Position numbers and translations under genes: made by a program. The notes beneath the pieces were generated by a model, which had not been told where the DNA came from, did no database searches, and saw only the letters and a program-made list of their open reading frames with translations. A stretch of DNA of 64,000 nt from Amoebophrya sp. A120 (lineage: Eukaryota > Protista > Dinoflagellata): the NCBI GenBank assembly GCA_905178155.1, contig CAJINV010000001.1, positions 13,780,664-13,844,663 of the forward strand, written 5' to 3'. Position 1 is the first letter of the stretch; the number at the start of each line of letters is the position of its first letter. Of the stretch, positions 23,401 to 36,059 are shown piece after piece.

Positions 23401-24596
23401 CCCAGAGCAGCTGGGTCATTTCCTCTCCTGCAACGACCGGCTCGCCCGACCTTTCTGGTCTCGCGGTCGAGCTCGAACACCAAACATCGAAAGCAGGGGA
23501 CGATGGCACGACGACCGCGGCAGCCGCGAAGAATGTGGGGGAGGAGGAAAAAAGTTCTTCGAAGAAAACTACAGTATCGAAAAGTAAAATGATCAGTGCA
23601 GCTGCAGCAGACGAGCAAGAAGGGAGTAAGTCGAATGATCCAGCGGGGAAAAAGAATACGACAAGTAGTGCAAATGCAAGCAGCGAGTTTTTGCTTGCCT
23701 CGTGTGGCACCACGCCGACAAGCAAAACTGATTTGCTATCCACATCCACCAAGGAGGCCAATATACAGACGCCCGATGTCGCGCCTCTTGCCGCTGATGA
23801 AGGGGAAGCGACTGGAAACAAGAGCAAACCAGAGACCGTTAACATCGAGAGCCCCGCTTTGGCAGGTGGAAACTTCAACTCGCAGGAACCAGCTGATGTG
23901 ACCGTAAGAACAGACTCATCTTCCGTTGAAGAGGGTGGCGCGAAGGAAGATGCTGCAGTTCTTCATCCCCCGGAGACGCAAGCGGACGTCGCTTCTGCCT
24001 CGAAGGAGCAACAAGCAGCCGGAGGTGACACAAATATTAAAGCGGGAGATGTAGCAGGAGTCGCAGGTTCAGCAGGCGCGGAAGGTCTTCCGGGAGTATT
24101 AGACAACAAGAAAGAGGAAAGCAAAACGAAAACGTGGTTTCGCGGCAAGGCAAAGAAAACAGTGACCGCCGACGGTGAGATCAGGAGCAGGCAAGATTCT
24201 GCCTACGGCCAGAAGGACGAAATCAACCTGGGGCGCGTGGGGACGGACTACCTATTCGAGCTGCTAGAGTTCGAGCTCCCCAGCCCCGTCTGGCTGCGGC
24301 GCGCATTCAGCAAAATGTCCCAAGAAGAGCACCCGGACCGCGAAACCATCGTCATCGAGGCGGCCCCGCAAGCGCGCGAATCTTCCTGGCACTTGCTGCA
24401 GCACGCGCCCAAGGTGATTGATTCCATGGATCCCCACCGCACCGCGGAAAACCCGGAGCTGGACGCCACCTACGCATTGTGGCTCAGGTACTTTTACTCT
24501 TTCGAAAAAATAGTGAAGATCAGCAGTGGCATAGTGCTCCTCGGTTCTTTCTTACTAGTTGATGTGAGAGCGATATTTTCATGGCATCTTGTGTGA
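14435..24596 (+). CDS. Very large multi-exon protein: Ser/Gly/Asn-rich disordered N-terminal half plus C-terminal helical repeats (OPR/HPR/FAST-RAP-like); 3' end approximate
   Basis: Frame-consistent GT-AG introns: 14529-14685, 15493-15675, 15852 (or 15864)-16051, 17305-17459, 17541-17693, 18227-18446 (CTAAC branch-like site), 20697-20842, 21546-21657, 21941-22109, 22323-22543, 22881-23108, plus TIR element E3. Repeats include NFCNLLWGLAKV, NLASLMWAFAASG, DLPNLGWSLAKL, EVAIVVYAFAHA, GVRMLYALAKV and ELCKLTYACCGLG. Confidence 0.65.
16712..16920. mobile_element. TIR element / non-canonical intron E3 (family B), 209 bp, TSD GCAGT
   Basis: Left end TATCCAGGAAAAAAACTGTGTGAGTGTAA; reverse complement of right end TATGCAAGAAAAAAACTGCGTAAGTGTAA. 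GCAGT at 16707-16711 and 16921-16925. Removal gives ...NSGSS|SVWTNKNHGG. Confidence 0.88.
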
Positions 24597-24620
24597 GAGC
24601 GATATTTTCATGGCATCTTG
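24563..24620. repeat. Perfect 29-bp tandem duplication
   Basis: TGTGAGAGCGATATTTTCATGGCATCTTG twice (24563-24591 and 24592-24620). Confidence 0.9.
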
Positions 24621-27600
24621 ACACTACTAAACCAAAACGCAATTCAAAATGGATTCTTCTGAGGTTGGGTGAGGCGGCGCAAGGAGCATTTCGAGACGCG
24701 GGTGGCATGCGCATAACTATTCTGTTTACCTACTCTCCGAGTCTGGCTGTGGTACAGCGCCTTTTCAACTTTCGCGAGAAGTATTCTCGCTTTCTTGAAT
24801 GCGAAGTGTGCCTGTCTTGCGTCTAGGGGACAGCTACTGCCGCACCGCGAGCGTGGTCAGCGAGGTGGGGACTACCGTCGTCGTTTTTTTTTGTTGCAGA
24901 CGAGGTGGAGACAGATGGAGATGCATGGGACGCGCAACGAACAGGGTGACGAATGGGCCACACTTCAGAGATACAGGAGCCGCTGCTTACAGCGTCTATA
25001 GTTAGATGTCGACGTTGCTTCCAACAAGAGCAAAATCTTCAAGTTGAAAAGATGTGTAAAAATTTCTTTAGCTTTTGCTTTTGGTGAAGCAAGACAAGAA
25101 ACAAAGTTTCGGCCATGATGGTCCATTTAATAGCAGTGCCTACCCTCTGTGTCTGACGCTGATCAGTTACGACATATGAGACACGTTTTTTTGCTTTCGG
25201 ATTGGCAGTTGAGACAGGGCGGGCTCTGTGTAGGCCGAAACTTTTCCGAGATGTCGGATACACAAGTCTTCAATAAAAGAAACAGCAAGTAGAACAGCAC
25301 CCACCTTCTAGCTGCAGCGAAATTATTCTTCTCAGACTGACAGCGAATTACTTACTTTTTTATCTAGTACTTCAAGTTCGGTGATTGGATCACTGCATGC
25401 CCATCCCTAGCTATGGGCAGGCTGCATTGTTTTTGTAGCGAAAAGAAAAAGATGTTAAAAGATATTAAAAACACAAGACGATGAAGGTCGTACTTCCTGG
25501 CCTGAGGTCGTGCGATTAAGTGAAAATTACACTAATAAAGTCACTGCAGTCTCACCGAAGAAAGGCACATGAATAACTGACGTGAGTTTTCAATATTTTA
25601 CGGGTAAAAACACAAAAACAACTGGTAGTCCCTTCATTTACGTAGAAATACCAACCACAAGACGTACTATTTTGGACGAGATTAACTCAATTTTTCCCAG
25701 TAGATTTTGCCTTTCGATATCAACCTCTTGCGGATTAGTTTTAATTGATTCCTCTAATAAAACACAAAATTGTTGGCAGCATCGACTGCGAATGAGGCGA
25801 AGCTCCTCGCCACTTTCTTCGCGTATGGTGCGAGGCTGCTGGATTCAGTGCCTCCGGCAGGCAGTCCAGCGCTTTTTCGTACCAGAAATAAATTTGCTTA
25901 CGAAGTGTGATATTTTTTAACTTGAACTGAAGCCGAAGACTTGCTTCAAGCTAAATTTTGCGCTGTATTTTTCTTTTGAGCCGTGCGGTGTCTATTTGTA
26001 TTTCGTTCTCGTAGAGCCGAAACGAGAATGGATGCGCTAGGAAATGCGGCAAAAAAAATTATCCCGCAGAGCAATAGGTGGTCTTTTCGGCCCGCACGCC
26101 TACCCGGATGCCCCTCAGTCTCAGCGACCCGGCATTTATGTTGTATTCACTTTGAGTTTTTATCGGTCGGGCGCACATCAAGCTCTCTAGAAATTAAAAA
26201 AACCAATCAAATTGTTCGCTTTCATCTGTTAGTTTAAGGATTCTTGCCAATAGAAGCTTCAGGAAAAAATTCTTCCCATGCGAGAGAAACAGCGAGCTTC
26301 GCGTCCTTCTCAAACTACGACCCACAAATCACGATAATTGCTACGCCTTCTCGTAGGATGAATGAGATTTTGCTTAATATTTTTGATGCTGATGTCACTC
26401 ATCTTCTGTTGGCGGAGAAGAACAAAAAGAGAAACAAACAAAAGATGTTAGATGTGGGGCTATCTATGCGAAGGCGTACCTGATACTTGAAAATGCATTT
26501 TTTCCGTTGAAGATACTCAAATACATGTTCAGACTCATATGCAGTGTCAAATTTATTAGAGTTGAACGTAATGTTGAAGTTTGATGGCATACAGAAAATT
26601 TTGCAGCAACAGCAATCCCAACCGTACAGACAACCGGAAAACCTAAATTTCGTGTCACTGTCGGTTTGACGCGAAGAAATCTTTGCTGAATCGGTTTTGA
26701 TGGCAAATTACGAAACAACAGACGGTGCTCGGTCCGAAACAACTGACGCAAGAAAAGCGTGGCCATTGTCTTCAAACATAAACCGATCGTCGGTCGTTCA
26801 AAATGAAAACTCCTGTCGGGTGCTCTCATCTTTGCGCCAGCGGCGCGCCAGCTCTTCAAATCTATCTGTCTGCGATCCAAATTTGGAAATGCTGGTTCTG
26901 TAAAAAAAAATCATAGGATCGGACGATGAAATTTAAACCCACTTTTCCAGGCCGGCAGGTCGGGAAATTTCCCATGCGTTGAATAATCAATCTGTCGTCA
27001 GGGCTCGTCGAACGCAATAAGGATATTCGTGACCAGTTTGACTTCGAATTTAGTACGAGTTCTGCTGCTTCATCTCTGTGAAGCCAGTCTAAGCATTTCA
27101 ACAAAGTTATCTATTGCTTACATTAAGGCATTCGCATTTCGCCTTCAATTACGAAGAGTCCACTGGGTTAGTAACTCGGAATTCACAACAACAACGACAA
27201 CGAGTTTGTATAGTAGTGCCATCACGACATAGAAGTAATACATAGTTTTAGAAATCACGCGACACTACAAATACCACTACGACCACAACATAAAACAGAC
27301 GCTGACCTAGTCCTTCAAAAACAAAGTTTCGCTCTGTTCTTTTGCCAAGTTTGTGTAGCAAAGCGGCTTTTTTTTGGTTTGGAAATTGAACAAGGATCAG
27401 CATCTTTTGATCTCACGGTTTTTTTTTGATCATCATAAGTAAACGTGAACGACAGTATACAAGAATACTTGGCACAGTATTAGGTTCATATTCATAGCAC
27501 ATTTTCCATTTTCGCATACGTACATCATCAGCCACATATTACTCTGTCTCCGGTTGTGAAGATTCTTCTTCACCACGCCTCAAGCACTCGTGTGTGTACA

Positions 27601-27654
27601 CGACCCGTCTTGCAGCTGCCTCCCCGAAGGTCCAATCACCCGGTATAGCCTACC

Positions 27655-30151
27655 ATGGCGTCACTGACGTTGCGGTCCCAGCAGGGGAGGGGGAGCGGCC
27701 GGGGCTCGAATAAATCATCCGGATCAACATCAAAAAAATACCAGCCCGCGGACACAACGGCGACCTACGCATTTCAATCCACGCAATCGAATTTGTCATC
27801 AAAGTCCGGAACAGGAGTAGCACCGTCATACGCCGGGAACTTCTCCACCATCGTGAACATCGTCAAGAATGTCGTGGGGGCAGGGTAAAAAGTGATTTGC
27901 TATATGTACATTGATTGAGTTTGGTGTGGTCTGTGCCGGGTTTGTTCTACATGGTCTACGAAGTCAATGGGTCGTGCCGCTTGTCATTCATTTTTCGAAC
28001 AAGAGGGTTTTTGTAGTTTCCTGAAGTCGTATCAAAGACCGCGCTCGAAAATAATTGTCGCGCACATCATGTAAGTAACCTAAACAATTTAAATCTCGCA
28101 TCGCAAAATGTGAAGATTTCCATACATCACAACAGGTTGGTCTCTATGCCACTCACCCTCTACGACGGGACGCCAGCGGTCGCCTACACCTGGCTGCTGA
28201 TTATCGGCGTGTTGAACTGCTTCGCGTTTTGGGTGGTTGCCGTGATCTCCGAGGGCGCGTGCAACACGTACGGGCAGCTGTGGGAGCGGACCATTGGGAA
28301 GAAGACCCGGCTGCTGATGGACATTTTTCTGCTGGTGAACGGGATCATCACGTGCATGCAGTATCTGATTGTGATCTCCGACTTCGTGCCGAAGGCGATC
28401 CCGCAGGTGTTCGGGGATGGCGGGTGCCTGGGCGCGGTCCACGCGGAGAAGGGCAGTTTGGCGGGCGGCGCCACGGAGCGGCTGTACACGGTGCTGTTCG
28501 CCGGGTACGGGATCATTCTGCCGATCGCGCTGTTTTCCAAACTTGACTTCCTCAAGTGGCCGTCCTTCATCGGCGTGGCGTTCACCATGTTCGCCGTCAT
28601 GTACGTCGTGTACGACTACGCCACGCGCGGGTACTATTCCGCCCAAGTGCCGCGGAAGGACCCGGCCACCGGTGCGTTCGATGTGTACAACGACGGGGCC
28701 TGGACGGACCAGAAGAACGACGGGCGGGGGAACTTCGACTTCTTGATGATGATGAGCATCATGAGCATCTACTCCTCCACCTACGCCTGCCACTACAACG
28801 CGCCGCGGTTCTACCGGGAGCTGGGCCCTAGTCGGAGTCCGGGCCGGTTCGCCATGATCACCATCACGTCCTTTGTGCTCATTCTCGGCATCTTCGTCAT
28901 GTTCGTCATTTGCGGCTACGGCCGGTTCGGCGGGAGCATCCAGGGGAACGTGTTCCTGGGCTACCAAAACGTGCCGGCCTCGGAGAAGGACGAAGTCGCG
29001 ATCAAGATCGCCTGGATGGGCATGGCGCTTTCCGTGATGACCAGTTACCCCTTGCTCAGCAACAGCGCGCGGGCGGCCCTATACGAAATCTTCTTTCCCT
29101 ACACCGCGGATAAAAGTCCCACCTGGATCTACGTCCTGGTCACGGTGCTCTTCGTCACGCTATCCGTTGTCATGGGCTGGCTCGGACCGGACGTGGCGCT
29201 GCTGGGGCAGATCAAAGGTATAATTATTACCAAGTACGTACTTGTTTGAAATTGGCCGCTGCAGTGACAGTGCCTGTGACGCTGACAATTCTTGAAAGAA
29301 GCCACGCGTTATTTCTGCAGCTCCGTTGTTTCTGTATTGAGTTTTAGTTTCGCCGTCACTAGCACTAGCTGCTCCAAGAAGTACAGGGGTTGTCATCTTG
29401 TTGCTCACGCACATCTTTTGCAGCGAGGACGAAATGATATTCGCGTCTTTTGTACTTAAAAAAATCTCGCAAAGTACTAAACTACGATCTTCACGAAAAA
29501 TCTCTAACAGGCGCCACCACCACCGTCTCCTTGTGCTCTATCTTTCCGGGACTGATGCTTCTGTTCAAGGTATTTCAGGACGAGAAGGCCGTCGAGGATG
29601 GCCCAGCTGCTGCGGATGGGGACAACGAGCCGCTTTTGCAAGACGAGGTTTTGCTCACGCAAGGTTCTCAATTTGCCAGCGACTATTTGGACACTGACCT
29701 CCCCCAGGAGGACCCCTCAGAGAAACTGAAGAGCTCGAGCGAAGATGAGGCGAACCTGACCCGCGTGAACATGGTTAAGGGTAAGGGAGCCACTTTCAAA
29801 ACGCTCGCTTGGGTGCTGATCATCATCTCGTCGCTCATGGCCGTCGTCGGAATCACCACCGTGTTCCTGAAGCAAGCGGACGTGATCGGAAGGGCGAAGC
29901 CCCTGGAGGCGACCCTGCCAAACAAGTGGAAGAACGTCGATTACGACCTGAGCGCCGACGATCCGGACGGAAAGGCGTTTCTCACCAAGCTGTTGGAAGA
30001 CGGCTATAGCTCCACCTCAAGTTACTGGAGAAACGCCTGCGCGTGGAAGACCGCCCCGGCGGGGAGCGGGCAGGAGAAGAGCTACCAGCTTCTCATCAAT
30101 TACAACCCGGCATCGCCCATCGCGATCCGCTATGACGAACTCTGCCAATAG
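27655..30151 (+). CDS. Amino acid transporter (Aa_trans / AAAP / SLC38-like), 3 exons
   Basis: Motifs NIVKNVVGAGLVSMP, TYGQLWERTIG, YACHYN, GYGRFGGSIQGNVF and MTSYPL; ~11 hydrophobic segments. GT-AG introns 27885-28135 and 29218-29510. Confidence 0.88.
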
Positions 30152-32633
30152 AGGATCTTCGCAAACTACTTGTTGTCGAGCTGCAGAAGAGCAGATACAC
30201 ATGCAGCTGCGGGTGATGTGAAAATCCATATTACGATTTCTAGAGAAAGGTTCGTAGCTACATGATACGTATCTATGTATAACCTTGATCATATTTGCGA
30301 ATACGACAAAGGCATCGTTTGCTATATACGTTATATTGATCAAACATTGGCTACGTAAAACTGAACTTTTTTGTGCATGCTCGTCGTCTCCATAGAGCCG
30401 TGAGCATCACGTTTGTGGTACAAAAATTTGGCGAAACTTAGCACTCTTTCGACTGCAAGTAGATCTAACGAGATTTCGGATAGAGAAAAATTAGTGGAAG
30501 GAAGGATACTTACGCTGTCTTAAGCGCACAAAATTGAATTTAGAAATGAACCCAAAAAAGACGTGACGACCCAGCGATGAGGACTTTTTACCAATTTTTC
30601 TGAAACGTACATTTTCAGTGGGAAGCACGAGGATGATTGAAGCCGTAGAGCCTCGCGCAGTTAGTCCCTGCGCGCGCGAGGACTGAAAGATCGAGTCTCC
30701 TCTCATTTTGACTCCTCTGTTGATTCAATAGGGTTGTAGTCTCGCGAGTTTCCCTCGTGAAGAAGCGTGCTGGTAGGTAGGTAGTTGGTAGTCGCGTGCC
30801 CGTGGTGCATAGCGTTGCGTCGTTCCCTGCCCCGGTCTAGTGAGCCACATGCAGCGAAGAGGCCACCGCCAACCGCCACCCAATGAAGTGAAGTGAATAA
30901 ATTGAAATTGAAATTATCATCTTCGAATCCTGTTTGCATCTGCATTTGATTGCATGCAAATGCCACCAGCCGGCCACTGGAGATCTTTTCCAAAAAAGGC
31001 CGCACCGCTCGTACTGAATTCGAGACCTCTGGGGGTGGTCGTCGAGCGTGGCTGGCTGAAAGACACACAAAAGTTGACGAACATTCACGGCCACACAAAA
31101 TTTTGAATCCACTGGATCCCGTACGAAATTCAGTATTAATAGCATCAGTTTTTTCATGGCGCTACGTACCGGCTCCGGCTGAGAGCGTCCCGTGCGCGTG
31201 GCATTCTTATCGTTGTTCAATCATTGTGCCTCAAGGTAGCAGCGCGTCGGTCCGAAAGAATGTAAGTAAGACTGAATTGAAGATCGGCATCGGCATTATA
31301 CACTTCCGGTTGCGATATTTTTTTTTTCCAATTTTGTTTTTTTTGTCCTGTGGACCCTATCCCTGACGCTGAGTTAGAGCTGGTGTCGTTCGTTGTTCTG
31401 GGTTCCCTGATAAAGATAGCACCCGTCAGGAGAAGCTTGCCTCGCATATTTTTTTTTCGCAGCCTACTTATACTTATTTCTTTTTTTCTTAAGAAGCGCA
31501 CGCGCAATTCTGTATCTATTCTTTTTTGGCGTCAGCAGCTGAATCAATATCCGTATCCGATTCTGAGCAGCACGGTTCACGTGCATGTTCATTGCGTGTT
31601 GAGGAAAACGCTACAGGACTTTGTTGCCTTTGGTGGTGTTGCCATTTCCGAAAGCAACAACTTTTGTTAGAAAACAAAAACGCGCCGATTGAAGCAAAAA
31701 AAGAAAACAGAAAACTTGTGGCAGGTAGTTACCACGTCCCTTTTTTTCACCCCTTGAAAGCCCAACTAGTATCCATAGAAGATGCAAGCTGAGGGGGGAT
31801 GAATAGATATAGAATGCGCACTAGATGATCTACAAGACCCTTTTCTTCGGACGACGCCAAACTTGTGTATGGTAACAAGACGGCGCTCGTCGTCGCGCTG
31901 GTGAAGATTTTTGGAGATTGTTGTTTTGTTGTGATAACAGATTCACTGTCTGCATACGGGTGGCAGAGTCGTCAGGAGTTGTATGTTCAGTTTCGTCACA
32001 CCGGCACTCGAATCGGAGTCTAGAAAACACACCACCAGTTGTCCGATTCTATTAGGCCACAGCAGCCATAGGAAGTTTGCAGTTTCACGTAGGCAGGAAA
32101 GTGTAGTAAATAATTAAGAAAAACAAGTAAGCACATTAGGCAGAAAGTCATGTTCAAAACTGTCACTCACACCATCACCATGCAGCGGAGTGTTGATTTT
32201 TAGGTACAAATAGATACTGTAGAAAATGGAAATGGAAAAAGTACTGTAAGAAGCTGCGCAACTGGAAAGAAGTTAAAGATAAAGAAGTTTCAGATCGTTC
32301 TTCCTGTTCGGAAAAATTGGCTCGACAAATACGAGGGAGACAAGAGGAACTAGCACTAAGAAGCCCATTAAGCACGCCTCTCTCTAAGTACTTGCGAAAA
32401 CAAACAAAAAGTCATCTCACGCCCCCGAAAATTTTGAGAACAAACCTTGGACATCAACGGATTTACAATTATACTGAATAACGCGAACTGCCAGAGCCAG
32501 ACCATAAGTATTAATTAGAATCGAGGAGGCGTGGGAGATTGGATCACAAAAACATGGGGTTAGCCGCGTCGGCGGGAGCAGATCGTCCTCCAGGGCCGCG
32601 GCGGAAAAAGTAGATTGGCGATACAACCACTAT

Positions 32634-32919
32634 TACCCAGTGCAAATATGCCTGGGTATATGGAAAGTTGCATATGCTATTTCTTGTTCGTACTTAGTCT
32701 GTGATTGGTGAGTGCACTGCAAGACGCAGCCACGCATGACAAGTTTTTCAGCTGCTATGTGTTGCATATCCCGCGGGGCAGACTGCGTATTTACGAGATA
32801 GGCGATAGGATTCCATCTTCGGGATCGGGCTCATGTATCACAGACAAAGAGTTCAAGGTCATTTGACACAAGCACGACAAATTATCTTGTGCCCGACCCA
32901 GACATATTTGCAATGCATA
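32634..32919. mobile_element. Degenerate family-A TIR element E8 outside any intact gene; no TSD preserved
   Basis: Left TACCCAGTGCAAATATGCCTGGG; right GACCCAGACATATTTGCAATGCATA (rev-comp TATGCATTGCAAATATGTCTGGGTC, close to the E7 left TIR). Internal GCATGACAAG at 32734. Length ~286 bp. Confidence 0.7.
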
Positions 32920-33341
32920 GCAGTCGTCGTACCTTCACTGAAATTTCGACAGCAGATGGCTAGCCGTGTGCAGCAGTTTGCGGCCGAGCGCCCGTCGGTC
33001 CCACTCCCGCAAGGATACCAAAGCGAAAAATTTTCCCCTCGGCCCCACATTCAGAATGAAATTTGTGATGCCAGATTTGTGTATTACAAGTACGCAAATC
33101 GTATTGCGCTTTCGCATGAGGGACGGCTCTCATGTTGACGGTCCAACTACAGCATCAGGAAGCAACCGCGCAATGCGACGGATACCTCTGACAGTGCCTT
33201 TTTTCAAGACATGGGCGATTTGGGGCCACGAATCAGCAGCACAGGCTTTCCTTTTGAATATGGGGATTTGGGCGGGTTTTCCCCTGCGATACAGGAGCTG
33301 CTTTCACGGCCAGCCATTTTCACCACCACCCCCACCGCCTC

Positions 33342-36059
33342 ATGAGCGATGACCTCCCAGCGAAGAAGCAAAGCAGTATCTCTTCACCGGTCGTGTCCAA
33401 CTCCCTGCATGATCACAGCACCCACAAGACGCGCAGCACGTACCCACTTTCTAACGCGGAGCACCACGAGCGCGTTGTCACTTCTGGTGCTGGTGAGGAA
33501 CAAGAAGGTATTGGGGGCCCAGGAGAAGATGATAGCCGAAACCTCGACCTTGATCAGGATGGCGCTTCCTCGAGCCGAGGTAGCAGCGTCGAAGAACACG
33601 ACCCAGGGACGAATAGTGCGACCACACGCGTAGTTCCTACTGGTCCGCCGGACCTCCAGCATCTTCCACGTTCTAGTGCTGCTGCGTCAGAGTACGAAGG
33701 GGTAGCGCCGACTCGTGACACGACGGGTTCCGGCGAGGAGCTGGGAGCCCACCCGGATTATGGGCCAGAACCAGAAGCACATGCACAACCTCCCGCAATC
33801 GTTCCGCCGACGGAGCAAAACTTGTACCCGCCCCGACGCGTTACCGGCGGTAGTCGAAATACCGACACGATAGGGGAGAACGACCGCAGCGAAACGTGGG
33901 GGGCGGCTGGTCCTGAGTACTTGCTGCCAAGATACGAAGACGAGATGGTATTATTTTTACGTCACCATAAGAGCGACAGTTTCTTTACACGCAGACTCAC
34001 GACTGAAACTGTGTTGTTTTGCTTGTGAATTTTCAGTTTTCACCACGTTGATTGCACTCTGCCTTTGATAGGGGTAAGGACTCAATTCGTACAAACACAT
34101 ATCAGTTACGCAAACACGTGTATTAGGCAATGCGACCATCTGACGGTCAGGATGAAGACAAGTGCAATTTACGAAGTATTGCATCTGCATCATGTTTTTC
34201 ACTCCTACAGGACCATCGATACCACGCCGACTACCACGACCCTACGGCCGAACCGGTAGTAGTTGGGGTGCGACCGTTGCGGCTTCCTACTCGCTGGAAC
34301 AACCATCGGCCACGCCATCAGCGCAACAGCGGATCTTCCGGGGGTACTATGAGAGTGCACACCTCCCCAATTCCCTCATTTGTAATGATACAGGTGCACA
34401 AACACAATTTTACATACATGCTGCTTTTGGGCACGACTTTCAATGAAAAGTTTCCAGAATGAAACCCCAATCCGCACTCCTGTAGAAGTCATTCCTGGTG
34501 TGTTGAGAATGCGGACGCTGCATTTGTGTTTCTCATTTCGTCTGCGAATTAAATGCAATGCTGCTCATGGGCTTTACCTTTAGATGAGGCGGAGGGAAAA
34601 TGGTGCACGCTCATAGGGGCATCGAACAACAGTAGCTATTACGATCACCAGCGTTTCGAAGCCCGGGGTGGAAGTTTCCACCAGCAGCGGGCGACGAGGG
34701 GCGGGAATCAGGGTTCCAGGGGACAGTATCAACGCGAGTATTACTACTACGTCGATAGTGGAACCGGAAGTGGGGGCTCCTCCACCGCGCCTCCCCGCGG
34801 AGCAGGGGGTGCAAGGAACAACTATCGTGTGCGGGAGCGGGGCCAACATCTGCCGCATTCAAACCGCGATTCGGGGCAGAGTTTTGATTCCACAGGCTAC
34901 CCCAACCACCCCCGCGTGCGGAACTCGATGCCGCCACCGAGCGGTAACAACTACAGCCCCGGATCTGGTGGACCACGCGCCTACCAGCACGACATCGATT
35001 TTCGCCGGCACTCGGAACCGTTTCTGCAGGGCTCCCCGCCCCCGGACGACCACCTCGGGATGCAGGGCAGTAACTCGTACGACTACAACGCGAGCCGGGC
35101 CGGCGCGGGGACTGGGGCCTCGGGTCGCGACGAATTGGACGAGGAGGCCGTGGAACGGGAGGAGGCTGCGATCGAGTACATCCGGCAGGGAATTCAACGC
35201 CACTTGGACCACCAGGACCAGCTGCGCCGAAACAACAACCTCCAGGAACAGGAGCGCATGCGCGCGGAGTTGGAAGAACTGCGACTGGAGCGGGATCGTC
35301 TCGAGCAGGACATGAATAACCTCCATCTGGATTCACAAGAGACAAAGCAGGTATTCTACATTTTCGCACAGATGATGAAAGAAATAAACTTGAACTTCTC
35401 TATCTAACGTGGATGTGCTATATTGAGAGCGAAGTATGTATATGACATGCGACACGAAGTCATAAAAATGGTGGTCGAGGGAAGGACTGGCATGCAAGCA
35501 TGCAGTAGCTATACGCTTCCTAGGCAGGTGTGTACAGATTTGGGTTTGGAATTTCAACTTGATGTTCGTGTATAATGAAAATGAGCCGCGCCATTATCAA
35601 TCTTCACATCGTGCGCCAGGTGATTTCGATCTGCAAAGAAAAGCTCCCTTGAAGATGATTAGCCACTCAAGTATCAAAAACAATCTCCACTCAGTGGCAG
35701 TATGAAAAATCCTCATGACAATTACGTCACAGGCGATGGCGCGCGACCTGGCTGAGGCGCACTACAACATCCACACCGTAGAGCGGGAACTGTTTCAGGA
35801 GCGGGAAAAGCACCACCTGGCCGCTAGCCTGGTCGAACGAATGCGGGAACAGTTGCAGGAAAAGCAGGACAAGTTGCAGGACAAGGAGGCCCGCCTTCGG
35901 GATCTTAAAAAGCAGCACCATATCGCTCAGCGGGAGAAGCTTCAGAACGACATGGAGCAGCGCAGAATCGTGCCCCGGTTGGAGTCCAACCGGTTGCGCG
36001 AGAAGGCCAAGATTCTCGAAAGCTACATGCGCCGCCGCAGCTTCACTATCGATGCGTAA
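33342..36059 (+). CDS. Hypothetical low-complexity protein with C-terminal coiled coil, 4 exons
   Basis: GT-AG introns 33948-34210, 34344-34616 and 35351-35732 join the ORFs in frame; E/R/Q/L-rich heptad-like C-terminus. Confidence 0.65.
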
